DNA of 64,000 bases from positions 102,547 to 166,546 of IMG/VR virus record IMGVR_UViG_3300021399_000106; one strand, written 5' to 3'. Below are positions 29,379 through 39,271 of the stretch, in pieces. Each line of letters begins with the position of its first letter. Position 1 is the first letter of the stretch. The stretch comes from a virus (Duplodnaviria > Caudoviricetes). The notes below the pieces were generated by a model, which did no database searches, was not told where the DNA came from, and saw nothing but the letters and a program-made list of their open reading frames with translations. The translations under genes and the position numbers were made by a program.

Positions 29379-31445
29379 CTATATCACCCTGCTTATTCCA
29401 TCATGATTTTTTTCTATTATTAATTCACAATCATAACTTATTTCCAATTCATCGGCGTGATGGGAAATAATAAATAAGCTTTCAACATCATTTAATTTTT
29501 TAGATAATAGGTTAATTACACTATTGCATCCATTACTGTCAAGATTATCAAATATTTCGTCTAAAATTAAAATGTTAGAACTAAATTGTAAATATTCTGA
29601 CATCATATCTCTTATTGCAAATTGAATAATTAAATCTACTTTTTGTTTTTCTCCTCCTGATAAATTCTCAAATGCTTTATCAGAATAAGAAATATCAATA
29701 TTATTACCGTCAAGTACAAACTCAAGTTTATCTGAACCAAAAATAAATGAAGAATATTCTTTAGCTTTCTTATTTATGAAATTAATAATATTAGAAAGTA
29801 AGAAACCTCTAAAATCTCTCTTTATTAAAGTATCTATTTTCTTATCAATATTTAATCGGTCTTCTATTATTACTTTCTCATTATTATTATACAATATTTC
29901 TTCCTCTAATTTTTTTAGGTTATTATCTATAGATAATAAAGCATCATTTACCTCTTTTAGTTTAACTTGATGATTATCTCTTTCAAGTGTTAATTGAGAC
30001 AATTGTTTATTAAGTTCTAAAATCTTAGCTTCTTTTAATTGTTTATTTTGTGAGTATAGTTGAATTTTATCTTTTAAATTCTTATATTCAAAGTTTAAAG
30101 AAGACACATCTGTATTGTATTGATTAGTAATTTCTTGAATATTGTTATTATAGATGGTTTGTACACTATTAAGCTTTTTTGTTATATCTGCATTATCAGT
30201 ATCATATAGTACTTGAGCATTTTTTATTCCATTATTGTAAATATTTAGAGCTTCATTAAGAGACCTTGTTTTTAATTCAGTTATTTGACTTAAAGTATTT
30301 CTTAATGTTGCAAGTTCTTCTTTTTTAGCTGTAGTATCAGGTTTAGTTACTCCTATTAGCTTTTGTCCGCATGTAGGACAAATATCAGTTATGCTGTCTA
30401 ATTTTTTAATCTCAGCATCTAAGGCACTTATAGTTGCATTTAATTTAGATTCCTCTGCAATTGTCTTATTCAAAATGTCTGTTTTTGTGGTGTTATAATT
30501 ATTAGTTAAAGTATTTTTTGATGTATTAAAAGTATTGGTAATTTGATTAACTTTCTCAGTTAATTTACCTTTAGCTTCTTGAAGTTTATTATTTTCTAAT
30601 AATAAAGCATTGTTTTTATCTGTATTTAATTGATTTATCTTTGTTCCAACTTCTTCTAACTTAGAAGATGCTTCATTTAACGTTGAAATACTTGTTTTTA
30701 GAAGGTTTTCTTCGGCTGCTATATTATTTGTTATCTGACTAATTAACTCATTAAAATTAACCGGTTTATTTAATTCCTCTAGTTTTTGTAGATTAGTCTG
30801 TTTTTGTTGCAAATATATATTTTTCTCAGAGTTTTTAGTTAACAAAGTATCCTCAAATGTTCTTAATTGGTTATTATTTTCAGTTATAACAGTATTTAAT
30901 TTATTCTTTATATCTTGAATCATATAATCAGATTTAGATAATTTTTCTAAAACTTCTTTTCTTCCACTTGGACTATTTGCAGTGAATTTACCTGGTAATC
31001 CTTGACCTAAAATGATAACAGAAGATAATAGTTGACTTGTTAAATCAGGTAAATATTGATTTAAAATAACTTCAGAATCCCTAAATGTTTTTCCTGATTT
31101 ATCTACGCCATTAATAACTATTTTTAAATATGTTTTTGGCTCTTTATATCGTGTAACTTCAAAATTATCTCTATCTACAGAAAAATATAATGTTACATAA
31201 CATTCTTTTTCATCAATATATATGTTTTTTAATCCCGATCTTAACCCATTCACAGTTTCTCCAGTTAGACATCAGCAAATAGCAGATGACCAACTTGATT
31301 TTCCTGAACCGTTAGATAATGCATTATCAAGTGGGTTATTATTTATTCCTCTTACTAAACAGTAACTTTTGTTGCTTAAATCAATTTCTGCATGACCATA
31401 ACTTAAAAAGTTATGAATTATTACTTTCTTAAAATTTATATACAT
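29379..31445 (-). CDS. sbcC: SbcC/Rad50/T4 gp46-like SMC ATPase (TGA=Trp)
   Basis: HNFLSY, NGSGKSS, long coiled coil with CPTCGQ zinc hook, LSGGE, LILDE, ISH. Confidence 0.93.
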
Positions 31446-31447
31446 AA

Positions 31448-31630
31448 TTAATTCTCCAATTCTTGGTATCTTAGTATTGTAACTTTAATAGCATTTAATG
31501 CTTTTTTTAATTTTAATTCTACTCTACTCAAATTCTTAGGAGTTATTCTAAAGTTTAATTTAATTTGTGTTGAATTAACTCCACTAACCTCGGTTGAATT
31601 TACAAAGTAAACTAGATAGTATTTAATCAT
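31448..31630 (-). CDS. Small hypothetical protein
   Basis: GGAGG RBS; between sbcD and sbcC. Confidence 0.55.
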   Translation of the reverse strand: MIKYYLVYFVNSTEVSGVNSTQIKLNFRITPKNLSRVELKLKKALNAIKVTILRYQELEN

Positions 31631-31648
31631 ATATTATCTTATCCTCCT

Positions 31649-32695
31649 TTATGCCATAATTATTCTTTGAATTTCGTTTAAAACTGCTTCACTCTCTCCT
31701 AACTGAGCTATTGTAAATGTTTTAAATTGCTCTAAATAATCCATATCATTTAAAGTAACTAATAATTTATCTGATTCTACATCAGAAAGTTCAATTATTC
31801 TATTAAGTTTTGATTCAGTAATATTTTTGCTATTTACTATTAAAGCTTCTAATTCTGCTTTAATAGATGGTAAATATTTAATAGATACAATAGCATTATC
31901 TTTTAAATTCTTAAGTTGTTCTAAATCAGCTTTATCTTTTATTTCCAATTGATAAAAGTTAAATGCAAATGGATTCTCAATGAAATCTATTGTTATTTCA
32001 TTATTAGTGATATCTAAAATGATGATTTCATGCTTATATTTAAAACTGTTTTCTTCAAATGTTTTTCCAGTTAAATCCCCTAAATTAAAACCATTTTTAC
32101 AGAATTGAGAACCATTATGAATATGACCATTTAAAAATAAGGAACAATTGCCTTCAATATCTTCAAGTTCAATACCTTCTTTACTTAATACAGGTCCATA
32201 TTGAATTCCTTTTACATCATTATGACTTAAAACAATAACTTTTGCTGTTTCAGGAATTTCTAATTTCTCTCTATATTCCTTTATAGATAGTCTAATATCA
32301 TCTTGAATATAAGGAATAAAAAGTAGATAAGTATTAGTATCAACTTGAATTTTCTTTATAGTAGAAACTATTTGTCCTATATTGCGTAAAACATTTACAC
32401 TATTAAAAGATAAATCCTTATTAGATGCATCATGATTTCCAACTATAAATTCATGAGGCAACTTAGCCCATTTTATTTCATTTAATGCTGTTATCTGTTG
32501 GCTTGTTAGGTCAGGTTTATCAAAAAAATCACCTAAGCATATAATACCATCACAATTCTTTTCAACTGCTAAATTTTCTGCCCAATTTACACTATTAATA
32601 AGGTTTTCAAGTCTTACAGAATATTTTTCTCCTATACTTCTAATAATTGATGAAAATGTATTTCAATGAACATCCGTATATATTAAATATTTCAT
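31649..32695 (-). CDS. sbcD: SbcD/Mre11/T4 gp47-like nuclease (TGA=Trp)
   Basis: TDVH-W, LGDFFD, VGNHD, SHND, GHIH. Confidence 0.9.
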
Positions 32696-32753
32696 ATTTA
32701 ACCTCCTTTTATAAGATGCTAGTTCAATATATTTAAATATACAATTAAATCAT

Positions 32754-32779
32754 AAAAAAATAGGTCCTAAGACCTATTT
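32754..32779 (-). terminator. Intrinsic terminator followed by promoter motif (32737-32745)
   Basis: AAATAGGTC-TTAG-GACCTATTT plus T tract on minus strand. Confidence 0.75.
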
Positions 32780-32795
32780 CATAATAATTAATTAT

Positions 32796-33329
32796 TTATT
32801 TCTTTCTTGAGAATAATCCACAATAGCATCCTTCATATTCATAAGGGAAATCTTTGTTTTCTAATTTATTTATTATTTTTGTTCCTCAAGATGATGCAGT
32901 ATATTCAAATCAAGCCTTACAATCATACCAACTATCAGTAAGATGTATACCTTTCTTTTCAGCATAAATATTATACCAATATCTACAAACACTAGGGATT
33001 GCTACAATAAATAGGTAAAAAGGACCTAAAATAATATTTTGAATTGTATGTCCAAATTCATGTCTTCTAGTATGTTCAAACCATTTTATATCATAACAAG
33101 GACCATCTTTTTGTGCATAACTACCACAAAGAGCCATAGGACCCAATTCAAGTCCACCTCAATTACCACCAATTTCAATTATTCAACTAAATCCATTTTT
33201 ATGAAAATGTGCTTTTTTATTTAAAAATATTAGAATAAATAATGTTACCACTAATCCTATAAAGGTCATTAATGCTCCTCAAGTTAATTGAAGAAATCAA
33301 TAACCAATACCTAAAAGTATTTTTTTCAT
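32796..33329 (-). CDS. Membrane protein with HEXXH zinc-metalloprotease motif (TGA=Trp)
   Basis: N-terminal TM, GGLELG, RHEFGHTIQ, W-FE; six in-frame TGA. Confidence 0.75.
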
Positions 33330-33337
33330 ATAATTAT

Positions 33338-34363
33338 CTATCTCCTTATAATAAATCTTCTTGCAGAATCTACTATCTCGATTGTTGGTTTAAGCATTAC
33401 CTCTTTTGGTTTATAATCATTTACAAATGCTTCCATTATTTTTGCATGATTTTCAGGACCTAACCATTCATTCTCAACAGTGAAATCCTTATTTAATTTA
33501 GTTCAATGAGAATAATAAGGACATAATTTTTTAGCTTCTTGAGGTTGATTAGGAAAAGTTTCACTAAATATACATCAATGACATAATGGAGAAGGACTAG
33601 GTGTAAAATCTTCCGTTTTAATTTCATCTAATAATTTATTTAGTTTTTTAATTCCTCTTGCAATGAATCCTTTAGTTCCTGCTTCTTGCTTCTGGTCGCA
33701 AACAACTAATTCATATGCACAACTAATATCTTGTTCGCTAATATTATATAATTCTTGAGCAGCTAAATTATAAATAACAAATTGTAAAGGGGTAGCTAAT
33801 TCTTTACTATCTGCAGGTTGAGCCCAAGTTTTAATATCTTCAATAAAATAATGATTAGTTACTTTATTTCTTAAAACTCTATCTATAAATCCATGAAAAA
33901 TATAACCATTAAAATCTAGGTTAAATTCTTTTTCTGCATCAACTATTTCTAAATCAGGATTTTTCATTAAATAATCATATAATCTAAACATTCCATTATT
34001 GATATATTCATTAAGCTTATCTTCATATGTTCTGTTAGATTTATCTAATTCCATTCATTCTTTTGCATATTTAGTTTTTAGAATATTTACTCCATATACT
34101 TTTTCTTTTTCATCATTAATAGTATATAGCATATTCACTAATTCTTTGCTATCTAAATGTTCATTATTTTTAATCTTATTTGCAATAGTTTCCTCAATGA
34201 AGTGAATTAATGTTCCAAAATCTGTTGCAATACTGCTGGAATCAATAAAATGATTGTCTTTATATACTAGTTTATATTTATATTTACATTGCTCAAAAAC
34301 ACCTATCTTTGAATAGGAGAATTTTTCAACATGCTGTTTAACATTGCTCAAATTTTCACTCAT
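33338..34363 (-). CDS. PD-(D/E)xK (AddB/Cas4-like) exonuclease (TGA=Trp)
   Basis: FSYSKI..FEQC, GTLIH, GFIDRV, EDIKT, QFVIY, LCH-W-C, CPYY. Confidence 0.85.
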
Positions 34364-34387
34364 TCCTTTCTTTTTCGATTAATATTA

Positions 34388-34407
34388 TTATACAATTAAC
34401 TAAATTA
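34388..34407. promoter_or_regulatory. Back-to-back divergent promoter motifs at the strand switch
   Basis: ATTGTATAA on minus (34388-34396) and ACTAAATTA on plus (34399-34407). Confidence 0.65.
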
Positions 34408-34437
34408 AATATAAGTAAAATATAAGAAGGGATATCT

Positions 34438-34866
34438 ATGATAATAGCTAGAACAGATATGGCAAAAGAACTTCCTGAAAAAACTCAGGAATATTTTTTA
34501 CATAAATTTAAACAAAATAGCAAATACATATTTAAACTAAAAATAGCATCAAACGATTTAAAAATGCGAAATGAGAAGATTAGGTTAAAGTATTTAGAAA
34601 AATATATCACCGATACCTATAAAATCAATATTAATATATATAATATAATATATACGATTATTAATAATATTAAATACAGTTTAGATAAATGCTATCTGAT
34701 AATAGATGATTATGCTATCATAGAAAAAATTCCTCTTACCCTTTTAGCTAAAATTATACTTTATGGAAACCTTGAAGTTAAAGGTAGCCCTTTATTAAAA
34801 AATTCTTTAGTTGAAGGTTATAAATTATTGCAGGTGCAAAATATGTTAATTAGTTGAGGTATTTAG
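34438..34866 (+). CDS. Hypothetical protein (TGA=Trp near C-terminus)
   Basis: First gene of plus-strand block; ends TAG 34864-34866. Confidence 0.6.
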
Positions 34867-34867
34867 T

Positions 34868-35521
34868 ATGAGCGTAGCATTATATGATGAAGCATTATTA
34901 AGAAAATTCAAGAGTTGATTTCCTGACCAACAGGATATGCATATATTAAAACCTAATGAGTCAAAAAGATTATTTGAATTATTAGTGGATAAAGGAAAAG
35001 ATAAGCCTATTGTATTTCCTGTTATTGCAATATCAAGAGATCCTAGTATAGGTTTAGATATAACAGGAAGAAGAGCTTTAAGCTGTAGTGGTGTTGAATT
35101 AGATGGATCTGAAGATGTTACCTTAGTATTAAATGCAATTCCTATGAATATATCATATCAAATTGATATATATACAAAGAAATATGAAGATGGTGACACC
35201 TATATTAGACAACTACTATTTAACTTAGTAAATTATCCAAAAATGACTGTTTTAATTCCATACAATAATGTTAATGTAAAACATGTAGCAAATTTATGAG
35301 TGGAATCTGAGATAACAGATAATAGTGATATAGCAGAAAAAATGTTTGCCGACCAATTTACAAGATGAACAATAAGAGTAAGTGTTCATGATGCATTCTT
35401 CTTTAGTGTTCCTGTTCAACAAAATTATCATATTATTGGTGCAGAATTAGAAGTAAAAGATTATCCTCAAGGAGATGACACACTTGAGGTTGTATATGAT
35501 TGGTCTAAAGATAAAGATTAA
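34868..35521 (+). CDS. Tail completion / sheath stabiliser (T4 gp15-like) (TGA=Trp)
   Basis: FPVIAISRD and IPMNISYQIDIYT motifs; position upstream of sheath. Confidence 0.6.
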
Positions 35522-35543
35522 TTATTTTTTAGAATTATAAATT

Positions 35544-35552
35544 ACTAAATTA
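35544..35552 (+). promoter_or_regulatory. ACTAAATTA late-promoter-like motif
   Basis: Recurrent motif upstream of structural genes. Confidence 0.6.
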
Positions 35553-35632
35553 TTTGATATAATATGTAAGTGAGATCTGTGATATGCACTCTCACCGAAT
35601 TATTTATAAATATTTTGAAGAGGAGATATAAT

Positions 35633-37168
35633 ATGCCTAGTGTAAATATTAGAGAAATAGATAGAACTGGTAACGAAGCGATAACTTATATTGAAAATAT
35701 GGCTCTTATTTCAGGTGTTAAGATTGAAGTATATAATTCTGATAAAGAGTTAGTTTCACTAGATGGAGAATATCAATCATTAGCAAGTTTCAAATCTAGA
35801 GTTACTGAGATTTTTGATATTCTAGATTCAACAGTTTTTGAATCTGGTGAGGAAGAATATGAGGAAGTAAATAATAAATTAAGAAATATTATGTACTTAT
35901 TCATTAAAGATAAAGGATTTGCAATGGCTTACCTTACATTATCAAAAGGACTTCCTGTTCAATATTTTGGATTATATGATTTAAAATATGATACAGATTT
36001 AGATAGTGGTGATGAGTCTGATGTAGAACCAGATTTCACATTTGATATAAATCCTGCAGAACCAGGAGAGGAAAGTCCTTATGCAAATATGCTAAATGAT
36101 ATTACTAATAAATTTGAGGAATTCTCAGATAGAGGTAAATATGATTTTAAATTCATTAGTGCACCATATATAGATATAAATTCTAAACAAGGTCCTTATA
36201 TTAACGATGATGAGAAGCGCCCTGTAAGAGATTCTTTCGTTAATTCATTAAATAGAATTGTTACTAAAGTAGCAGGAGATAGAGGAGATGCAATAGCATT
36301 AGGTTATGCTCCTTCATATTTCAAAAAGTCTACTGAAATTGATTCTTGGATGAATACAGATAGCAATAAAAAATTCTATAGTGCTAATATAGAAAGACCT
36401 GCAGTTACTTGGTCAGCAACAGAATCATATGAACAATATGGTTCATATGGAGGAACAACAACTCCTAACTTCATAACATCATTTACAGTAGCTGTTAAGT
36501 TAATTGTTGATGGCAAGGTTAAGAATGTTTCTTATGACTTCGTTAGAGATGTATTCCCTGGATATTTAGATTATCTAGTTTGCTATGGTGAATTTGTTAA
36601 AGCAAATCCTTCATGGTTTGCTATAGCAGGATCAAATTCAGGAACAACAAGTTTATCACCATTTGTACCATTAAATAAATATGGTGATTCAGATGTTGCT
36701 ATTTTCCAACCTAGAGAAGCAGGTATTAATGACAAGAATGTAAATCATATTGCATTAAATACAATTACAAATATCAGACCATTTGGTTATATCTTATGGG
36801 GAAATAGAACAATGCACCCATTAAATAAACCTATTACAAATAATTCATTAGCTGTTCAATTAGTTGCATCAGATTTCTTAAATATTAGAAGTTTATGCTG
36901 TGACTTAAAGAAAACAATTTATAGAGCTGGTAGAAAATACTCATTCTCACCTAACACAGATACATTATGGTTTAATTTCAAATCTGAAATAACTCCATTA
37001 TTAGATAGAATGAAAACTAATCAAGGCATTAGAAGTTATCAAATTGTAAAAGTTAATACTCTTAAAAAGGCAGTTTTAGCAGCTAGAGTTATTATTAGTC
37101 CTATTGAAGCTGTTGAAGATTTCGACATTACAGTAGAATTAACAGATTCAGTTCAAATTAATGGTTAA
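35633..37168 (+). CDS. Tail sheath protein
   Basis: MPSVNIREID start with AGGAG RBS; PSWFAIAG, LWGNRTM, LNIR, F.PN...W..F, P.EAVE.F. Confidence 0.9.
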   Translation: MPSVNIREIDRTGNEAITYIENMALISGVKIEVYNSDKELVSLDGEYQSLASFKSRVTEIFDILDSTVFESGEEEYEEVNNKLRNIMYLFIKDKGFAMAYLTLSKGLPVQYFGLYDLKYDTDLDSGDESDVEPDFTFDINPAEPGEESPYANMLNDITNKFEEFSDRGKYDFKFISAPYIDINSKQGPYINDDEKRPVRDSFVNSLNRIVTKVAGDRGDAIALGYAPSYFKKSTEIDSWMNTDSNKKFYSANIERPAVTWSATESYEQYGSYGGTTTPNFITSFTVAVKLIVDGKVKNVSYDFVRDVFPGYLDYLVCYGEFVKANPSWFAIAGSNSGTTSLSPFVPLNKYGDSDVAIFQPREAGINDKNVNHIALNTITNIRPFGYILWGNRTMHPLNKPITNNSLAVQLVASDFLNIRSLCCDLKKTIYRAGRKYSFSPNTDTLWFNFKSEITPLLDRMKTNQGIRSYQIVKVNTLKKAVLAARVIISPIEAVEDFDITVELTDSVQING

Positions 37169-37189
37169 TTAGGAAGGAGATAATATAAG

Positions 37190-37918
37190 ATGGCAAACGA
37201 TAAATTCGCATTTGATTCTAATAGAGCAAATACAAGTACATTAGGAACTTATCACATTTCAACAGATTTACAAAATTATGAAACTGCAAGAAGCAATTTC
37301 TTCCAATTAATTGTTGAAGACTTAGACGAATTACTTTATCCTGAATTTAGCTATACTGACAATAATTTAAGCAATGAAAATTATGTTACAGGTAAAACTA
37401 AAGGAAAGAAGAGAATGGGACAAGATGTATTAAGATTATCTATTAATAAAGCATTTGTTCCACATTTCAGTATGTCACCAATTGAAGTAAGAAGAGGTAA
37501 CTCAGTTGTAAAATTTGCTGATACTCCAACTTGGGATGGTAATAAGACATTAGAATTCCAAGATTTCGTTGGATTAGAAACTAAAACAGTTTTAATGGCT
37601 TGGCAAGCATTAGCATACGATGTAATGACAGATACTCAAGGTAGAGCAGGACGTTATGAAATTGGTAAAGATGCTAATGGAAATGTTTTATATAGACAAG
37701 GTTATAAGAAAGATTGTACTTTAGTTGAGTATACACCTGATTTCCAACCAATCAGATATTGGAAGTTAATCGGTTGTTGGATTAGCGCAATTCAAGAATC
37801 AGATTTCGATGTAACAAATGGTGGTAATGGCGGAAGACAAATTACAGTTACATTTGAATACGATAGAGCAGAAATGCATATGAATGATGATTTCTTCGCT
37901 CAAGATCAAGGTGAATAA
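37190..37918 (+). CDS. Tail tube protein
   Basis: Follows sheath; RGNSVVKFA, MAWQ, YKKD, W.L.GCW, ITVTFEYD. Confidence 0.88.
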   Translation: MANDKFAFDSNRANTSTLGTYHISTDLQNYETARSNFFQLIVEDLDELLYPEFSYTDNNLSNENYVTGKTKGKKRMGQDVLRLSINKAFVPHFSMSPIEVRRGNSVVKFADTPTWDGNKTLEFQDFVGLETKTVLMAWQALAYDVMTDTQGRAGRYEIGKDANGNVLYRQGYKKDCTLVEYTPDFQPIRYWKLIGCWISAIQESDFDVTNGGNGGRQITVTFEYDRAEMHMNDDFFAQDQGE

Positions 37919-37934
37919 TCAATATAAAATTTAC

Positions 37935-37966
37935 AAAGAGGATATAAATAGTATCCTCTTTTTTTT
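37935..37966 (+). terminator. Intrinsic terminator after tail tube
   Basis: AAAGAGGATA-loop-TATCCTCTTT plus T tract. Confidence 0.8.
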
Positions 37967-37978
37967 GGAAAATTCTTA

Positions 37979-38021
37979 TTTAAAAATATTTAAAAAAATT
38001 AAATATTTTTAAACTAAATTA
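37979..38021 (+). promoter_or_regulatory. 15-bp perfect inverted repeat abutting ACTAAATTA motif
   Basis: TTTAAAAATATTTAA-N5-TTAAATATTTTTAAA then ACTAAATTA (38013-38021). Confidence 0.5.
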
Positions 38022-38043
38022 TATAGAAAGGAATTGTAAAGTT

Positions 38044-38235
38044 ATGAATATTAAGAAAGATAGTGTCTCAAAAAAGAAAACCATAGGATTACCTTTAAAT
38101 GAAGATATTTATAAGGCATTAGAACAGTTATCTGCTGATTATGGTGCAAGTATTGCAACCGTATGTAGAATGATTATTGTCGATTACTTAAAACGTTATA
38201 AGGGTAATTTATTAGAAAGAAAGGAAGATAAATAA
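38044..38235 (+). CDS. Ribbon-helix-helix (CopG-like) DNA-binding protein
   Basis: TIGLPLNEDIYKALEQLSADYGASIATVCRMII pattern. Confidence 0.65.
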   Translation: MNIKKDSVSKKKTIGLPLNEDIYKALEQLSADYGASIATVCRMIIVDYLKRYKGNLLERKEDK

Positions 38236-38236
38236 T

Positions 38237-38992
38237 ATGGCAGATTATACAATAGCAGAAGAATACACATTACCTTCACAAGGAAAGATTTATAATGTAC
38301 CTTTTGATCCTAAAGTTAGATTAAGAAGTATGACTATTCAAGAAATAATGAGAAGACAAAATAAAACAAAATCAAATAATGCTATACTTTGTGAAATTAT
38401 TGATGATTGTTTAGTTACAAAATTACCAATTTCATGTTATGATTTAGCTTATCCTGATTATGAATTTTTACTTCATAAATTAAGAATAGTAACTCACGGA
38501 AATGAGTATAAAATGGATGTAGGATGTCCTCATTGTGGATCTTATCAAAGAGTAACAACTAACTTAGATGATTTAAAATTTAAAGAAGTTGATATGGAAG
38601 AATTTACAAAACATATGATTTTTAAATTACCTTCATGCAAAAAAGAGATAAAGTTAAGAATTCCTACAGCTAGATTAGACGATTCTATTGAAAATAAAAT
38701 TGCAGAATTTGAAAAGATGGCTCCTGAGAATACTCTTGACATGAGTCCTGTATTTAAGCTAGAAACAATGATTGACACAGTTGATGGTGCTAAAATGTCA
38801 TATATTGAATTACAAGAACTAATTAAGCATTTATCATATGCTGATTATAACTACATTGACCAAAAAATTGATAAACTAAAAACTTGCTTTGGCTTAGATA
38901 GAAAGATTGATTTACAATGTAAGAAATGTGGAGGATCATTCAGCACATTTTTTCGTTTCACCTCAGAATTTCTTAGACCCCAAATTGACTAG
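38237..38992 (+). CDS. Tail assembly chaperone / T4 gp26-like baseplate hub assembly protein
   Basis: LPSQG..Y, LRSMT..E, D..FLL..LR, CPHCG, CKKCG; between tube and tape measure. Confidence 0.8.
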   Translation: MADYTIAEEYTLPSQGKIYNVPFDPKVRLRSMTIQEIMRRQNKTKSNNAILCEIIDDCLVTKLPISCYDLAYPDYEFLLHKLRIVTHGNEYKMDVGCPHCGSYQRVTTNLDDLKFKEVDMEEFTKHMIFKLPSCKKEIKLRIPTARLDDSIENKIAEFEKMAPENTLDMSPVFKLETMIDTVDGAKMSYIELQELIKHLSYADYNYIDQKIDKLKTCFGLDRKIDLQCKKCGGSFSTFFRFTSEFLRPQID

Positions 38993-39230
38993 TGATGGTA
39001 AACCTTACGGTCCGTATAAATATAAAGAACTTGTAAAAAGTTTATTTATCCTATCTAAAAATTTAAATACTTCATACATAGAGTTGAGAGATAAATTAAC
39101 TCCTACAGAAATGACATCATTATTGTTACTTCTTAAAGAGGAAGATGACAAGAATAAGGAGTATTTAGATAAGATTAAATCAGAAAGAGAAAAGAAAAAG
39201 AATTCACAACCACAAAGACATTCTTACTAA
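38952..39230 (+). CDS. Chaperone extension ORF, probably made by +1 frameshift
   Basis: Overlaps chaperone 3' end in +1 frame; no RBS/ATG of its own near the start; TTT TTT CGT at 38948-38956. Confidence 0.55.
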   Translation, partial: FVSPQNFLDPKLTSDGKPYGPYKYKELVKSLFILSKNLNTSYIELRDKLTPTEMTSLLLLLKEEDDKNKEYLDKIKSEREKKKNSQPQRHSY

Positions 39231-39271
39231 ATTATTATATAATAATTTAAAATTTTTAAGGAGGTTCCCTT

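Noticed and set aside
33338-34363. Cas4 as part of a CRISPR-Cas system
   Set aside because: Stand-alone PD-(D/E)xK nuclease typical of phage recombination modules; no array or other cas genes
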